Part shown: positions 61,427-64,000 of the stretch, in pieces
Position numbering within the stretch: the first letter of the stretch is position 1
How the letters are laid out: each line of letters begins with the position of its first letter
Assembly: GCA_902470905.1 (NCBI GenBank)
Contig: CABRIC010000006.1
Location: 1,692 to 65,691 of the forward strand
Origin: an uncultured Collinsella sp.
GTDB taxonomy: Bacteria > Actinomycetota > Coriobacteriia > Coriobacteriales > Coriobacteriaceae
Length of the DNA: 64,000 bases
Direction of reading: 5' to 3'
Made by a program: the position numbers and the translations under genes
The notes under the pieces: model-generated
Database searches by the model: none
Seen by the model: only the letters and a program-made list of their open reading frames with translations
Told to the model about the DNA's origin: nothing

Positions 61427-63330
61427 CAGCAGTCCTCCTCTCGCACGACCGTCTTGGATTTAGCAATGTCCGCGACGTTAGAGGAACCGCCCGAGCGACC
61501 GATTAGCAGGTCCACCAACTCATCTGCCAGCGACTCAACCGTATAGAGGCCGTCAAAGTGCAGCGGCACGCCCGCCTCCGTAAGCGCCAGCGCCATGCGC
61601 TGCGCGGCAGGAACGCCCAAACCGATCGATTTGAGCTCGTCGGCATGTGCAAACACCTGTGCGGGGACTCCCTCGGCAAACACCGCGCCTTCGTTCATCA
61701 CAACGATGCGGTCGCAGCAATTGGCCAGGTCATCCATGCTGTGCGAAACCATGACAACGGTCAGGCCATCGCGGTGAAGTCGATCGATGAGTCCTAGGAA
61801 ATCCCTGCGCGCAGCCGGATCGAGCCCCGCCATGGGTTCATCGAGCACCAGGACTTCGGGCTCCATGGCGAGCACGCCGGCGAATGCCACACGCCGTTGC
61901 TGGCCGCCCGAAAGCTCAAAGGGACTCTTGTCGCCGACCGTGGAAAGGTCGAGGCCCACGCGCGAGAGCGATGACTCGACACGACGGTCGACTTCATCTT
62001 GAGGCAAGCCAAGGTTATGCGGACCAAACGCCACGTCCTGCGCCACGGTTTCGGCAAACAGCTGACGCTCGGGATATTGAAACACCACGCCGACCTTGGC
62101 CTTAACCGCGGCGGCGTCTTTCTTGTTTGACAGATCGAGCCCCAGCGCGCGAACGGATCCCTCCTGAGGGCGAATCAAACCGTTGAGATGCTGGACCAGC
62201 GTCGACTTACCCGAACCGGTATGACCTGCCAAGCCCAGGAACTCGCCGCGACGCACCGTCAGCGATACATCGCGCAGCGCCCACGGGCTGCTGGGGTCGT
62301 TTCCCCAGAGAGCCTGTTTGCTCGATTTGCCCGCAGTGGCCGAGCGCTTATGCCAGCGGCGGCGCTCGCGCGGACTGAGCGAATAACTGTACGAAACATG
62401 GGATAGCTCGATGACGGGCTCCGACGTGTTGCCCTCGTTGTCTACCGGAACAGTGCCGTCAGCGATTTCCAACTGGGATGCGGAAGACTGCCCCGCGGTG
62501 CCTGCCCCACTTCGCTCGGCATAAGCCTGCGCAATCTCGGCGACCATATCCGCCTCACGCACCTGTGCGCAAACGGGCACGCCCTTCGCACGAAGCGACC
62601 TGCCCAGACAGCACGGCGCCGGCATATCCAAGTTGAGCTGCGCAAGTTCGTCCGCCCGCGTCAAGATTTCCTCGGGCGTACCGAGCATGGCAACGTGCCC
62701 CGCCCGAAACGCCGCGACACGATCGGCCTCGGCGGCTTCTTCCATAAAGTGCGTAATCATCACGATGGTCATGCCGCGAGCGTGCAACGCGCGGCAAGCC
62801 TTCATGAGGCCCTTGCGCCCACGCGGATCGAGCATCGAGGAAGCCTCGTCCAATACGAGCACGCGCGGTTCCATGGCGAGCACGCCGGCAAGCGCCACGC
62901 GCTGCTTTTGGCCGCCCGAAAGCGCATGGGTCTCGTGGCGCTCAAAGCCCACCAGGCCCACGCCCTTCAGCGCCTCGCGTACGCGCTGCGCAATTTGCGC
63001 CGATGGCACGCCAAGGTTTTCGGGACCGAACGCAACGTCGTCCTCGACAAGCGTCGCCACCAGCTGATCGTCGGGATTCTGGAACACCATGCCAGCAGTC
63101 GAGCGGATGTCGTAGACCAGCTCGGGATCGGACGCGTCCATGCCGTTGACGCACACCGTTCCCGCATCGGGCTGCAGCAGCGCGTTCAAATGCTTGGCAA
63201 ACGTCGACTTGCCCGACCCATTGCCACCGAGGATGCAGAAAAACTCGCCGTCCTCGATATTCAGATCGACGCCGTCGAGCGCCGGTACGGCACCGTCATA
63301 GCTAAAGGAAACGCCCCGACACTCAATCAT
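61426..63330 (-). CDS. ecfA: Fused ECF transporter ATPase (EcfA1-EcfA2 in one polypeptide)
   Basis: Two complete ABC cassettes: GGNGSGKST ... LSGGQKQRV ... VLVLDEAS, and GHTGSGKST ... LSGGQQRRV ... VLVLDEPM. 634 aa. Confidence 0.9.
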   Translation of the reverse strand: MIECRGVSFSYDGAVPALDGVDLNIEDGEFFCILGGNGSGKSTFAKHLNALLQPDAGTVCVNGMDASDPELVYDIRSTAGMVFQNPDDQLVATLVEDDVAFGPENLGVPSAQIAQRVREALKGVGLVGFERHETHALSGGQKQRVALAGVLAMEPRVLVLDEASSMLDPRGRKGLMKACRALHARGMTIVMITHFMEEAAEADRVAAFRAGHVAMLGTPEEILTRADELAQLNLDMPAPCCLGRSLRAKGVPVCAQVREADMVAEIAQAYAERSGAGTAGQSSASQLEIADGTVPVDNEGNTSEPVIELSHVSYSYSLSPRERRRWHKRSATAGKSSKQALWGNDPSSPWALRDVSLTVRRGEFLGLAGHTGSGKSTLVQHLNGLIRPQEGSVRALGLDLSNKKDAAAVKAKVGVVFQYPERQLFAETVAQDVAFGPHNLGLPQDEVDRRVESSLSRVGLDLSTVGDKSPFELSGGQQRRVAFAGVLAMEPEVLVLDEPMAGLDPAARRDFLGLIDRLHRDGLTVVMVSHSMDDLANCCDRIVVMNEGAVFAEGVPAQVFAHADELKSIGLGVPAAQRMALALTEAGVPLHFDGLYTVESLADELVDLLIGRSGGSSNVADIAKSKTVVREEDC

Positions 63331-63917
63331 GCGCGGCCTTTGACCTGGTCCTTTTTAGGCGTGATGAGGTTGGAGACCGCTTTATACACCGCCAGTGTCA
63401 ACACCGAGTTAAGCACGGTCTTGATAAGGTTGAACGGCAGCACGGCAGGAATCATGAGCGGGGCGATCACATCGACCGAGCCATACCAGAACCATACGCC
63501 AATGGTAAGGTTTGCGACCATAGACAACGCCGTAGCGGCAATAACGCCGAGCGCCAGGCCAATCACGGCACCCTTGTAGGTGTGCATCTTCTGATAGACG
63601 ATAGCCGCAGGCAGAATATAGCCCAGCGTGGCAACCAAGTTCATAAGCGCACCGACCCAATCGCCCGTGGTAAGCGCATGGATAACGATCGCCATAGCGG
63701 CAACAGCTGTGCCGGCACCAGGGCCATACGCAAATCCACACACCATCGCCGGCACCAGCGACGGGTCATAGGTCAAAAACGGCGCCGAAGGAAGGATGGG
63801 CAGCTGCACGTACATAAACAGGGCGCCCAAGGCACACATCAGCGCCATGGTAACGAGCTGTTTGGTGCTCCACCTATTCGTGTTCTCAAAATGGATATGC
63901 TGCGACTGTTCAGACAT
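63327..63917 (-). CDS. ribU: ECF transporter S component, probably riboflavin-specific (RibU-like)
   Basis: About 6 TM helices, 196 aa from ATG 63917. Preceded by an FMN riboswitch and overlaps the ecfA start (ATGA). The upstream ATG 63938 lies inside the riboswitch 3' strand. Confidence 0.75.
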   Translation of the reverse strand: MSEQSQHIHFENTNRWSTKQLVTMALMCALGALFMYVQLPILPSAPFLTYDPSLVPAMVCGFAYGPGAGTAVAAMAIVIHALTTGDWVGALMNLVATLGYILPAAIVYQKMHTYKGAVIGLALGVIAATALSMVANLTIGVWFWYGSVDVIAPLMIPAVLPFNLIKTVLNSVLTLAVYKAVSNLITPKKDQVKGRA

Positions 63918-63920
63918 AAG

Positions 63921-64000
63921 ATCACCTGCCTCTTTCATCCGGACTCTAACCGTTGGTACTGGGATCTCACCAGTTCAGCCGGCATGCGAACCAACGCACA
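63921..64000 (-). promoter_or_regulatory. FMN riboswitch (RFN element), 3' part only (truncated by window end)
   Basis: Minus strand GGTGAGATCCCAGTACCAACGGTTAGAGTCCGGATGAAAGAGG. This parallels the conserved 3' half GGUGAGAUUCC...CCGACAGU.(A)AGUC(U/C)GGAUG(G/A)(G/A)AGA(A/G)G as I recall it from the B. subtilis ribD leader. Confidence 0.7.

Overview
GC-rich bacterial chromosomal segment with strong GC3 bias. An LAxTG sortase signal and a Bacillus-like gene string (clpC ... disA-ispD-ispF-cysS-rlmB-yacP ... rpmG-secE-nusG-rplK-rplA) in a high-GC background suggest a Coriobacteriia-like Actinomycetota genome; this is inference only. I call about 58 protein genes, 7 tRNAs and two recognisable riboswitches: yybP-ykoY (Mn2+) before mntP, and the 3' part of an FMN element before ribU at the right edge. 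Most content is housekeeping: asnS, cysS, lysS, tuf, rpmG, rplKA, secE-nusG, greA, tatA, ispDEF, disA, clpC, pepD, rph-rdgB-dtd, murI, murE-asnB, argCJBD, one uncharacterised ABC importer and one ECF riboflavin importer. I found no CRISPR array, IS element, integrase, prophage or canonical defence operon. The long ORFs lying antisense to clear genes are high-GC shadow ORFs. The candidates for something undescribed are, in order: (1) three phased ~80-bp hairpin repeats in a low-GC spacer between tRNA genes (18571-18786), next to a monocistronic HTH-HipA-like (YjjJ/HipH-type) kinase that has a 24-bp inverted repeat over its RBS; (2) a signal-less ParB/Srx-like-BMP fusion protein translationally coupled to a metallophosphoesterase (11100-13723); (3) a 1479-aa double-activase/dehydratase-like fusion co-transcribed with a TetR gene behind a perfect 21-bp palindrome; (4) a ~300-nt structured, terminator-containing leader before a DUF2798-like membrane protein. 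A second, classical hipBA module, a tRNA-Val att-like scar and a family of GGGACAG-core terminator hairpins are also noted. All functional calls rest on motif recognition by eye, and none was checked against a database.
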